This document shows, one piece after another, positions 30,542 to 38,866 of a DNA stretch of 64,000 bases (the first letter of the stretch is position 1; each line of letters starts with the position of its first letter). Origin of the DNA: an uncultured Bacteroidota bacterium (lineage in GTDB: Bacteria; Bacteroidota; Bacteroidia; NS11-12g; UBA9320). Location: contig CAJXBI010000003.1 in the NCBI GenBank assembly GCA_913050005.1, forward strand, positions 7,719-71,718, given 5' to 3'. The notes under the pieces are model-generated. The model searched no databases, was not told where the DNA came from, and saw only the letters and a program-made list of their open reading frames with translations. The position numbers were made by a program, and so were the translations under genes.

Positions 30542-30907
30542 TTACTTACTGCAACATCCCTTTTTAGTTGTGCCACATTTTTTGACGGGTTCTTTTGGTT
30601 GACAACATTTCATGAGTTGGGCTTGACTATCAATATTAGCGTTAACTTTATTAGTTGCGTATCCAATATTGCTAATCATAGAATGGATATCACTCAGGGA
30701 TACTTTTTTCTCGTTATATCTAACTGTAAGAATCTTAGTTTCTTTGTTCCAATCTGCATGAGAAATTCCGGGGATATCTAATGTTTTTTCAATTTTTTCT
30801 TTGCAGATTTCACAATTGGCTTTTACTTCAATACGAGAAGTTGTATTTTCTGCAAAAAGAACGGTCGATACAAGTATTAATGCAAATAGAAGAATAGGAT
30901 GTTTCAT
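30542..30907 (-). CDS. Secreted heavy-metal-associated (HMA) domain protein with Cys-rich C-terminal tail
   Basis: Signal peptide. HMA-like metal-binding motif (NCEICKEKIEKTL; CxxC). C-terminal tail CCQPKEPVKKCGTTKKGCCSK. Confidence 0.6.
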   Translation of the reverse strand: MKHPILLFALILVSTVLFAENTTSRIEVKANCEICKEKIEKTLDIPGISHADWNKETKILTVRYNEKKVSLSDIHSMISNIGYATNKVNANIDSQAQLMKCCQPKEPVKKCGTTKKGCCSK

Positions 30908-30925
30908 GGTGTAAATATATGTAAT

Positions 30926-32035
30926 TTAAAATGGGGATGAATATTTTTCGTTGGTTAATAGGCTTTCATCTGTTAATGTTTTTAGGAAGGAAATTAATGC
31001 CTTTTTGTGCTCGGGGCTTAAATAAACGGAATCTTTTAATGCGTGTAAGTTAGGAGAGTCAGAAAGATCTACAGCACTTGATGCGTTCATATCACTAAGA
31101 TAAAATTGTACTACTTCCTCAAGCGTTTTAAATCTTCCGTCATGCATGTACGGTGCTGTTTTCTCAATATTTCTAAGCGATGTTGTTTTGAATTTATAGT
31201 TGTCATTAGGATTTCCAGTAACATCTCCCAAGCCCTTATCTCCATTGTCTGATAGTCCGTTTGTTAAAAATTCTCGACGCATGAATAAACTATTCCCATG
31301 ACAATGGAAGCAATCTGCACCAAAATTTTGAGGATTATTAGGGTCTACCTCATCTTTGAGTGGTATAGATTCTGAATTAAATATTACTTGACCCACTTTT
31401 TCTTCATCAGTAAATGATTCTAATCCTAGCATCACACGATCAAACTTTGAGTTTGAGGATACAATAGATAGCATAAATTGTTCTAATGCTTTTCCAATTA
31501 TCTTCTCGTCAAATGTGGATTCTAAAAATGCTTTTTGAAGATGTTCTTTGTAAAGCGGTGAACGATTTAATTTCATGATTACATGGTCAATGGTCTCGTT
31601 CATCTCAGTTTCATCAATTATTGGCTGGATAGCCTGATGCCTTAGTATATCTGCACTCCCATCCCAAAAGAATCCATCAATATGCCACATTAAATTGAAA
31701 ATAGCCATTGAATTGCGTTTTCCAACGGTACCTTTAACCCCGACACTAAATTGATTATTATTGTCTGTAAATGCATTTGCTTGATTGTGGCATGAATTAC
31801 AGCTTTGTGAGCTATCTGAACTTAAGATGGGGTCATAAAAAAGCATTCGGCCCAATTGAACTCCTTCTTCAGTTAGAGGATTGTCGCTGGGTATTCTTGG
31901 TGGAGGTAAGAGTGATGTATTGTAACTGAATGAATATGGTGTTATTAGAAAAGGATTTTGTGGAATTTCGTTGATTACATCCTTACATGATAGGAGAGTG
32001 ATAAATAAAAATGATATGATGAACAATTTCTTCAT
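30926..32035 (-). CDS. Di-heme cytochrome c peroxidase family protein (MauG/MbnH-like)
   Basis: Two heme c sites, CNSCHN and CFHCHG. Lipoprotein-type signal (..LLSCK). 369 aa. Confidence 0.85.
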   Translation of the reverse strand: MKKLFIISFLFITLLSCKDVINEIPQNPFLITPYSFSYNTSLLPPPRIPSDNPLTEEGVQLGRMLFYDPILSSDSSQSCNSCHNQANAFTDNNNQFSVGVKGTVGKRNSMAIFNLMWHIDGFFWDGSADILRHQAIQPIIDETEMNETIDHVIMKLNRSPLYKEHLQKAFLESTFDEKIIGKALEQFMLSIVSSNSKFDRVMLGLESFTDEEKVGQVIFNSESIPLKDEVDPNNPQNFGADCFHCHGNSLFMRREFLTNGLSDNGDKGLGDVTGNPNDNYKFKTTSLRNIEKTAPYMHDGRFKTLEEVVQFYLSDMNASSAVDLSDSPNLHALKDSVYLSPEHKKALISFLKTLTDESLLTNEKYSSPF

Positions 32036-32041
32036 TTAGTT

Positions 32042-32788
32042 TTACAGGCTTTCTATAGAAGATACAGAAAATACATCTTTCATATTATTAATTAATTTTA
32101 GTGTGACAGGATCTTCCACATTATGTGTGCTAAGACCATCAATTTCTATGGTATATACTTCAGGGCTCTGAAACACTTCTTTAATGTTATAGTTTAAAAT
32201 AGCATGGATTGCATCATCTTCTTTTGAAAAATTGTAAGGCAATTCAAAATCAACTTTATTCTGTGTGCCGGCTAAATGGAAAATAAAACTTTCATTATTA
32301 TGTATGGTTTTCCCTTCGATAGCTGTGAAAATATAGCCACCCTGCCAGCTCCAATGCAGCGAGTTATTGATAGGTGATAGAGGATGGTCTAAGGTGTATT
32401 GATTTGGATTACCGTGATTTATAATGGAGTCCAAACCGATAGAAAATCCAATTCCTTTGTAGGTTCCCTTAGGGATATTTATTAGTTTGAAATCAGAGTT
32501 AGAATATTTCATGTCAATGTAAAGGTATTGCTTGTCTAGTGCTATTCTAAACTCATTTTCATCAATCAGATAAAAGTTAGATAATAAATAGGCGAATCGA
32601 CTGAATTTGACAGGTTCATCACTAGGTAATGTATATTCTTGATTAAGTTCAAAATCTGAAGTATCAAACAAGTGATTGATAATAATATCCATTGTTGAAA
32701 CCTCATTTTTTATAGGGGGATCAGGCTTGCAACCCATGACTGATATTAAAAACCAAATTCCAATGATTATGAAGATAATTTTTTTCAT
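32042..32788 (-). CDS. Lipoprotein, candidate MbnP-family copper-binding protein
   Basis: Lipobox (VMGCKPD). About 250 aa. Conserved His/Trp cluster (HWSWQGGYIF, FIFHLAG). Placed between a TonB-dependent receptor and a di-heme peroxidase, as in MbnT/MbnP/MbnH loci. The family assignment is inferred from context. Confidence 0.4.
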   Translation of the reverse strand: MKKIIFIIIGIWFLISVMGCKPDPPIKNEVSTMDIIINHLFDTSDFELNQEYTLPSDEPVKFSRFAYLLSNFYLIDENEFRIALDKQYLYIDMKYSNSDFKLINIPKGTYKGIGFSIGLDSIINHGNPNQYTLDHPLSPINNSLHWSWQGGYIFTAIEGKTIHNNESFIFHLAGTQNKVDFELPYNFSKEDDAIHAILNYNIKEVFQSPEVYTIEIDGLSTHNVEDPVTLKLINNMKDVFSVSSIESL

Positions 32789-32797
32789 ATTTCTACA

Positions 32798-33490
32798 TTA
32801 TAAAAGCATAAAAAGTGCCATAGATAACATTAATACATTTTCAATAATTGTAACGTAACTCATAGGAAGGTTAAATACTGTTCCTAAACAAGCACATTGA
32901 ATCTTTGATTTTTGTATAACAGATTTTGACACACCTATCAATCCTACGAACATAACGATAGCAGTTGTTAAATTTGTTATGTCACTGTCATAAAAGAAAA
33001 CATATGCGAGACCTAAACCTAATTCAATAAATGGATAGATATATCCATAAAATCCAAATCTAGAGGATATGATATCATAAGATTGATACGCTTTTGCAAA
33101 AGCAGGGATATCCAGTAACTTGAAGAATGAAAATACGAGAAAGAATCCAGCCATGAAATTCGCCATCCAAGTTTCCAATAAGAAAATACCCGAACTTAGC
33201 TCAATGCTTAAAGTGACAATAGATAAGTAAAAAAGAATAAGGATGAGGGGTTTATATTGACTAAAAAAAAAGCTTTTTTTTGTTGGTGTTAGACTATAAT
33301 CACCAATTTCAGTTAGTAGGCTTTGAATTTCACTTTTGGAGGGTATATCATTTCCTTCAAGTATGGTTGACCCACTATCTTTTTGAATAGTAATTTTATC
33401 TAGTAAAGTATTCGTGTAAAGTTTTTTTTCAATTTTGCTCACACAACTCATGCAAGAAATACCTGAAATTATAATTTCTTTTTTATTCAT
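32798..33490 (-). CDS. HMA-domain protein fused to a 4-TM membrane domain (possibly MauE/DoxX-like)
   Basis: N-terminal GISCMSCVSKIEKKL (HMA fold with CxxC). About 4 hydrophobic helices. Conserved CACLG near the C-terminus. Start overlaps the stop of the upstream TBDR by 4 nt. Confidence 0.55.
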   Translation of the reverse strand: MNKKEIIISGISCMSCVSKIEKKLYTNTLLDKITIQKDSGSTILEGNDIPSKSEIQSLLTEIGDYSLTPTKKSFFFSQYKPLILILFYLSIVTLSIELSSGIFLLETWMANFMAGFFLVFSFFKLLDIPAFAKAYQSYDIISSRFGFYGYIYPFIELGLGLAYVFFYDSDITNLTTAIVMFVGLIGVSKSVIQKSKIQCACLGTVFNLPMSYVTIIENVLMLSMALFMLL

Positions 33491-35754
33491 TTTGATTTAA
33501 TTCTCCATCGAAAACCGCCATAAATTATTCTTCCAAAAATAGGTCCCCAAACTAATCCAGCATCAAAATTTTCTGAAAATGGTTGAATAGCATCTTGAAT
33601 GGGGTTTTGCTGTTTAAAATTCAATATATTTTCTGCACCAATATATAACTCAAATTCTTTTTTAAAAGTTTTACTAATTTGAGCGTTTAATAAAAAAAAG
33701 TTAGGTGAATATTTGTCTTTAATTTGCTTTAAATTATTTGTGAAATAAATGGTGTCTTTACCTCCAGCAATTCGCTGAGGCCCATACCAAGTTAGTGTAG
33801 TATTAAATCTCCAATCAGTTCGAGTATTCTGGGTGATATTAATAAAAGCTCGGTCTTTAGAAATAAATGGTTTTTGTTTAGTTATGAGGGATAAAGTGTT
33901 CGATTCACTCTGATATTTGGTCTTTACATCAAACATTCGGTATGCCAAGCGAATATCAGTCCTACGAGCAGGCTTTAGGTCTAGTTGGGTCTGAAAACTA
34001 TTTGCAATTGTTCCATTTGTTACATTATAAAAATAGGCTTTCCCTGCATTTTCTCTGTCCACAACTACTTCATTTTTAAACGTAGTATTGAAGAAATCAA
34101 CACCAATTATTGCAGGCATGTACGCCATTTTAAATTGATGCTCAAAACTTATCCCTGAATTTAAGGCTAATTCTTGTTCCAAACCATAGGCAAATTGAGA
34201 ATCACGCATTATAAATTCCAAAGTTCTACCTGAAGCAAATAGCATTTGGTTTTGAGCGAGCGGATTACTTGTTCTTCTTCCAAGACCAGTTGATATTCTT
34301 ATCGATGTTTTATCTTTATTAAAACGATATTTCCCATGAAATCTTGGGGTAAAAGAAAGACCATAAATTGTATTGAAGTCTGATCTAATCCCACCTACTA
34401 AGCTGAATGTTTCTTTTGGTTTATATGTGTATTCAAAAAATAGTCCTGAGACTGCCTCTGTCCTTTCAAATTGAAAGCCCTCAAAGGTTTCTTTAGTTTC
34501 ATCAATTAATAATGAAATACCTGTTTGAAATTGATGAAAGCTATTCCCAATAATACTTTCATAGAGAAGGTTAACATACCCTTGATTTGTTTGTGCTAGA
34601 TATTCTTTTTGATTTTCGTTAGAGCCATAATTGCTGGACATTTCTGAGTGATTGAAATTATACTGAGAACCAAAACTACTGTACTCATTTTTTTTCGAGG
34701 GTTTCCCAAGCTTAGCAAAAAAATCGATAACTTCAGTATTAATGCCAATTTTATATGGATTTGAGTTTGAATTTGATTGTCCAGCTTTTTGAAGACTGTT
34801 GTGGTAGCTAGCATTTGCTGTCCCTTCAAAACCATTTTTGTTAAAGAATTGCCAACGATTCATAATCTTAAAATCTTCACTTATTGGCATATCCAAAAAC
34901 CCATCGTTGTTATTATCGAATTCTAATGATCTGTTTCCATATCGAATGAATAGTGAGGATGCAATGTTTTTTTTAATATCCTTTGTATACATAAAATCCG
35001 TTTCAAATCGTCCACCAGAACTAGCAAATTGGTCCAAAATGAATTTTTCAGATCCAAAGGGTTTTTTAAGCTCTATATTAATCTGACCAGCAATGCTCTC
35101 GTGGCCATTTACGACACTACCAGCACCCTTCGTTATTTGAATCCCATCTACCCATGCAGCGGGTATGTGAGATAAACCATAGTATGAATTAAGTGTTCTG
35201 ACGGATGGCATATACTCTCTACCAATTAGTGTGTAAAAACCATCAAGGCCAAGCATTTTAATCTGTTTTGTTCCTGTGACAGCATCACTGAAACTAACGT
35301 CGATAGCAGGGGCATTTTCAAAACTTTCGGATAGGTTGCAACAAGCTGCTTTCTGAAATTCTCGTTCCCCAAGTAGGATAGTTGTTCTTGGGCTTAATTT
35401 AGAAAGCCCATATGAAATGCGTTTTGCTATAACAACTGCCGTTTTTAAATCATTTTGTTCCTCTAATATAATTAGATAATTAGAGTCTATTTTATTGATG
35501 AGGATGGTGTCTGATTTATATGAAGAAAATGATGCAACTAGTCTATCATTATCTTTATTTTTAATTATAAATTGACCTTTGTTATTTGTGAAAACACCAG
35601 AAGAATTCCCACTCCAGTGAACAAAGGCTCCAACTAAAGGCACTTGTCCTCTTGATGAGTTGAAAATTACATTTCCTTTTATTTTTTGAACTTCTTGCTG
35701 AGCATATAAATTTATACCAATCAGCATAAAGAACATTATTATTATGTTTTTCAT
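33487..35754 (-). CDS. TonB-dependent receptor with N-terminal carboxypeptidase-regulatory-like domain
   Basis: Signal peptide. CarbopepD_reg-like region (IKGNVIFNSSRGQVPLVGAFVHW...NKGQFIIKN). Plug region, then a long beta-barrel. 755 aa. Confidence 0.8.
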   Translation of the reverse strand: MKNIIIMFFMLIGINLYAQQEVQKIKGNVIFNSSRGQVPLVGAFVHWSGNSSGVFTNNKGQFIIKNKDNDRLVASFSSYKSDTILINKIDSNYLIILEEQNDLKTAVVIAKRISYGLSKLSPRTTILLGEREFQKAACCNLSESFENAPAIDVSFSDAVTGTKQIKMLGLDGFYTLIGREYMPSVRTLNSYYGLSHIPAAWVDGIQITKGAGSVVNGHESIAGQINIELKKPFGSEKFILDQFASSGGRFETDFMYTKDIKKNIASSLFIRYGNRSLEFDNNNDGFLDMPISEDFKIMNRWQFFNKNGFEGTANASYHNSLQKAGQSNSNSNPYKIGINTEVIDFFAKLGKPSKKNEYSSFGSQYNFNHSEMSSNYGSNENQKEYLAQTNQGYVNLLYESIIGNSFHQFQTGISLLIDETKETFEGFQFERTEAVSGLFFEYTYKPKETFSLVGGIRSDFNTIYGLSFTPRFHGKYRFNKDKTSIRISTGLGRRTSNPLAQNQMLFASGRTLEFIMRDSQFAYGLEQELALNSGISFEHQFKMAYMPAIIGVDFFNTTFKNEVVVDRENAGKAYFYNVTNGTIANSFQTQLDLKPARRTDIRLAYRMFDVKTKYQSESNTLSLITKQKPFISKDRAFINITQNTRTDWRFNTTLTWYGPQRIAGGKDTIYFTNNLKQIKDKYSPNFFLLNAQISKTFKKEFELYIGAENILNFKQQNPIQDAIQPFSENFDAGLVWGPIFGRIIYGGFRWRIKSK

Positions 35755-35805
35755 GAATATTTTATTGGGTTATTGTTAGAATTAAAAGTTTTAAAAAACT
35801 ATCAA

Positions 35806-36171
35806 CTAACATAAAAAAACCTGAAAAATACTGGGGTGACTATTAATGTCAATATAATTTGAACAAACTATTCTATACCTATTGCACAGATTAGTTAAAA
35901 CATGTAGTTTGACTTTTAATATAATGGGTAAACTGATTGGGATGTTTAATGTTTTTTGGGGGGTGAAATCAATTTGATTTGGGGGCAAAACAATTAAAAC
36001 AAAATCATTACAATTATCTTGATCGATAGTTTCATGACAGGATGTGGGATTATAATCTTGTGAACAACACGTTTCAAAATCGGTAACACAACAAGCATCA
36101 ATGACCATACTGAATCCAATGCTAGGGAATAACAGTATTAGAGAAAATAATATAGCAGTAACTTGCTTCAA
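35806..36171 (-). CDS. Small secreted Cys-rich hypothetical protein
   Basis: Signal peptide followed by DACCVTDFETCCSQDYNPTSCHETIDQDNC. The C-terminal half is low-complexity, so coding status is uncertain. Confidence 0.3.
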   Translation of the reverse strand: MKQVTAILFSLILLFPSIGFSMVIDACCVTDFETCCSQDYNPTSCHETIDQDNCNDFVLIVLPPNQIDFTPQKTLNIPISLPIILKVKLHVLTNLCNRYRIVCSNYIDINSHPSIFQVFLC

Positions 36172-36225
36172 ATTGATACAAAATTAAGGCTTTAATGATA
36201 AATCTGAGGATCTAATCTAACGTGC

Positions 36226-37263
36226 TCAAAATTTATAGGAAAATCCAATACCGAGAAGTCGTTTAAATTGTGTGCGAGGGCCAGATCCAACAATTGTATT
36301 CCCATCATATAGTGGAATAGCCACGTCATTATCGTGAATTAAATTGGTATAGAAACTAAAACCAATATATTCAGTGAGTTTCATGTTTATCATAGTCTCC
36401 CAGTTGACATCAATATTTTTTCGGTTAGCCGAATTTACATCCGTGAAGTTGTTAAAAAGATTTAGAGTAGAGGTGAGGTTAATTTTTTTGGTAATATCTT
36501 TTTTAAATTGAATGTTAATTAAAGCACCAAACTCAACTCTGTATTGATCATTATAAAATTGAACTCCATTTTCATCCATTGTAGCGGGAATGTAGATGTT
36601 TTGTGCAGCTATAGAGTCATCATTTACAAAGGTGAATTTCCCGGTTGCAGGTGATAAATAAAGAGAAAAATAGTTAGTGAAACTGTAATTTACCCCGATA
36701 GAGGTAATGAGATAGCCAGGGGCTAAAAATTTAGAAATTTCAGTTCTGTCTTTATCTTCAATTGTTGGATCAGAAAAATCAAAACCTGGTGCAAATTGTG
36801 ATTTGAAGTTTAACAGACTTGAATAACTTAATTTGTCAGTTATGCCGTAATTCACTTTTGTTAAAAAGTCAATTTTGTCTTCATTTTTTCGAAGTGTTTC
36901 TTCATCATTTTTGATTAATCCGTATGCTAAATCCAAGTTATTTCTCCATTCGATTTTATCTTTTTTATAGTTTCTGTAAATATTCCCAATAGCAGTTACA
37001 GAATTAGCTGAAACACCTCCAGCAGCCCAATTAGTCAAACCTAATGAGTTAAAGTTAAGTGCACTAAATCCTCCTTTTTCCCAGTATTCAGGTGGTGTAA
37101 GTCTTGCAATTTCTTGTTTGATGGAATTCACTCTGTTTTGTGCATTGACTAGTGAGGATCTGGCCTTTTCTAATTCTTGTTTTTTTAATTCAAATGCATC
37201 ATTTTGACCAAATGCGTTAAAAATGAGTCCGAAAAGTAATGAACATGCAAATAGATTTTTCAT
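36226..37263 (-). CDS. Outer membrane beta-barrel protein (DUF3078-like) with N-terminal coiled-coil
   Basis: Signal peptide, coiled-coil segment (ELKKQELEKARSSLVNAQNRVNSIKQEIARL), WEKGGF...NW.AGGVSAN motif pair, C-terminal Phe. Confidence 0.45.
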   Translation of the reverse strand: MKNLFACSLLFGLIFNAFGQNDAFELKKQELEKARSSLVNAQNRVNSIKQEIARLTPPEYWEKGGFSALNFNSLGLTNWAAGGVSANSVTAIGNIYRNYKKDKIEWRNNLDLAYGLIKNDEETLRKNEDKIDFLTKVNYGITDKLSYSSLLNFKSQFAPGFDFSDPTIEDKDRTEISKFLAPGYLITSIGVNYSFTNYFSLYLSPATGKFTFVNDDSIAAQNIYIPATMDENGVQFYNDQYRVEFGALINIQFKKDITKKINLTSTLNLFNNFTDVNSANRKNIDVNWETMINMKLTEYIGFSFYTNLIHDNDVAIPLYDGNTIVGSGPRTQFKRLLGIGFSYKF

Positions 37264-37332
37264 GTTTTAAGTTAAATCAAATGGTTTATTTTAGTGTAAA
37301 GAGTTTAAATGAATACTGGTTGTATTGATAAT

Positions 37333-37827
37333 TTACTCAAATGATAAAAGTGTGTGATTTTTATCAATTTTATCTTGATTTTTAATTGCTATTTTTTTGA
37401 TTTTACCATCTTGAGGTGATTTAATTGCATTCTCCATTTTCATGGCTTCCAAAACGATTAATTCCTGCCCTTCTGTAACATCTTCACCTTCTTTCACCAT
37501 AATGTCCAATACAAGTCCTGGCATGGGTGCTTTAAGGTCTTTCAGCTTTTTCTTGTTGTTATCCATTCCCATTTTTTTGAGAAGGTCAGCAAGTTTATTT
37601 TGAAGTTGAGTTGAGATTACTCTACCATTAATTTTTAAAGTTAGTTTGCCTGAATGCGTGGTTTTATTTAGAACCTCAATATTGAAGGATTGTCTATTGT
37701 AAATTAGATGGTAATTATTGTCACCAGTTTCAAGAAGATCATATACAACTTCAACTTGATTTATAAGTGTGGCTTCATTTGTCTTTTCAATATTGTAAGA
37801 GCTATTGTCTATGATAATCTTAGCCAT
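37333..37827 (-). CDS. Biotin/lipoyl attachment domain protein (BCCP-like)
   Basis: C-terminal biotinyl domain with the EAMKMEN biotinylation motif. 164 aa. Confidence 0.65.
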   Translation of the reverse strand: MAKIIIDNSSYNIEKTNEATLINQVEVVYDLLETGDNNYHLIYNRQSFNIEVLNKTTHSGKLTLKINGRVISTQLQNKLADLLKKMGMDNNKKKLKDLKAPMPGLVLDIMVKEGEDVTEGQELIVLEAMKMENAIKSPQDGKIKKIAIKNQDKIDKNHTLLSFE

Positions 37828-37967
37828 CGAATTTTAAATTTGTACTACAAAGCTATGTAAATAAAAAATAGTACAAATTGGCATCGTTGATATACAAAAG
37901 ATAGATCCTTTGGTGAGTGCTTTTAAAATAGATATTACGTAGTTTTATCTTTTAGATATTACCAAAA

Positions 37968-37975
37968 AAAATACC
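37968..37975 (+). promoter_or_regulatory. Candidate Bacteroidota -7 promoter element (TAnnTTTG) for sucD
   Basis: tacctttg lies 19 nt upstream of the sucD ATG at 37994. Confidence 0.3.
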
Positions 37976-37993
37976 TTTGCTCAACTTAAAATT

Positions 37994-38863
37994 ATGTCCG
38001 TATTAGTAAATAAAGATTCTAAGATAATTGTTCAAGGGTTTACAGGAAGTGAAGGCAGTTTTCATGCTGGTCAGATGATTGAGTATGGCACTCAAGTTGT
38101 TGGAGGAGTAACTCCTGGGAAAGGAGGAACGTCTCATCTAGCTAAGCCCGTTTTTAATACTGTGGAAGAAGCTGTGAAACAAACAGGAGCAGATACTAGC
38201 ATCATATTTGTTCCACCACCATTTGCTGGAGACGCTATCATGGAAGCTGCAGAAGCTGGTATTGGCGTAATTGTATGTATTACTGAGGGTATCCCAGTAG
38301 CTGACATGGTAAAAGTTAAAGCTTATTTATCCAATACAAATAGTAGATTGATAGGACCTAATTGTCCTGGAATCATAACAGCAGACGAGGCTAAAGTGGG
38401 TATTATGCCTGGATTTATTTTTAAAAAGGGTAGCATAGGCATTGTATCTAAGTCTGGTACACTAACATATGAGGCAGTAGATCAAGTGGTCAAAGCAGGT
38501 ATGGGAGTTACAACTGCAATAGGGATTGGTGGAGATCCTATCATAGGAACTTCAATGAAAGATGCTATTGAACTATTAATGAGCGATTCCGAGACAGATG
38601 GAATTGTTATGATTGGTGAAATTGGGGGTAGTATGGAAGCTGAAGCAGCTCGTTACATAAAAGAATTTGGGACTAAACCAGTAGTAGGTTTCATAGCCGG
38701 TGAAACGGCTCCTGCGGGAAGAACAATGGGGCATGCTGGAGCTATTGTAGGAGGCGATGAAGACACAGCTTCTGCTAAAAAAGCTATTATGAGAGAGTGC
38801 GGAATTCACGTGGTGGATTCCCCAGCGGGAATCGGATCAAAGATGTCTGATATTCTTAGATAA
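37994..38863 (+). CDS. sucD: Succinate--CoA ligase (ADP-forming) subunit alpha
   Basis: CoA-binding and CoA-ligase domains (VQGFTGSEGSFH, GPNCPGII, catalytic-His region MGHAGAIV). Confidence 0.9.
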   Translation: MSVLVNKDSKIIVQGFTGSEGSFHAGQMIEYGTQVVGGVTPGKGGTSHLAKPVFNTVEEAVKQTGADTSIIFVPPPFAGDAIMEAAEAGIGVIVCITEGIPVADMVKVKAYLSNTNSRLIGPNCPGIITADEAKVGIMPGFIFKKGSIGIVSKSGTLTYEAVDQVVKAGMGVTTAIGIGGDPIIGTSMKDAIELLMSDSETDGIVMIGEIGGSMEAEAARYIKEFGTKPVVGFIAGETAPAGRTMGHAGAIVGGDEDTASAKKAIMRECGIHVVDSPAGIGSKMSDILR

Positions 38864-38866
38864 CCT

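Noticed and set aside
30536-30781. 81-aa plus-strand ORF overlapping the HMA gene
   Set aside because: It lies fully within the better-supported minus-strand HMA gene. Its sequence is hydrophobic and low-complexity, so it is likely spurious.
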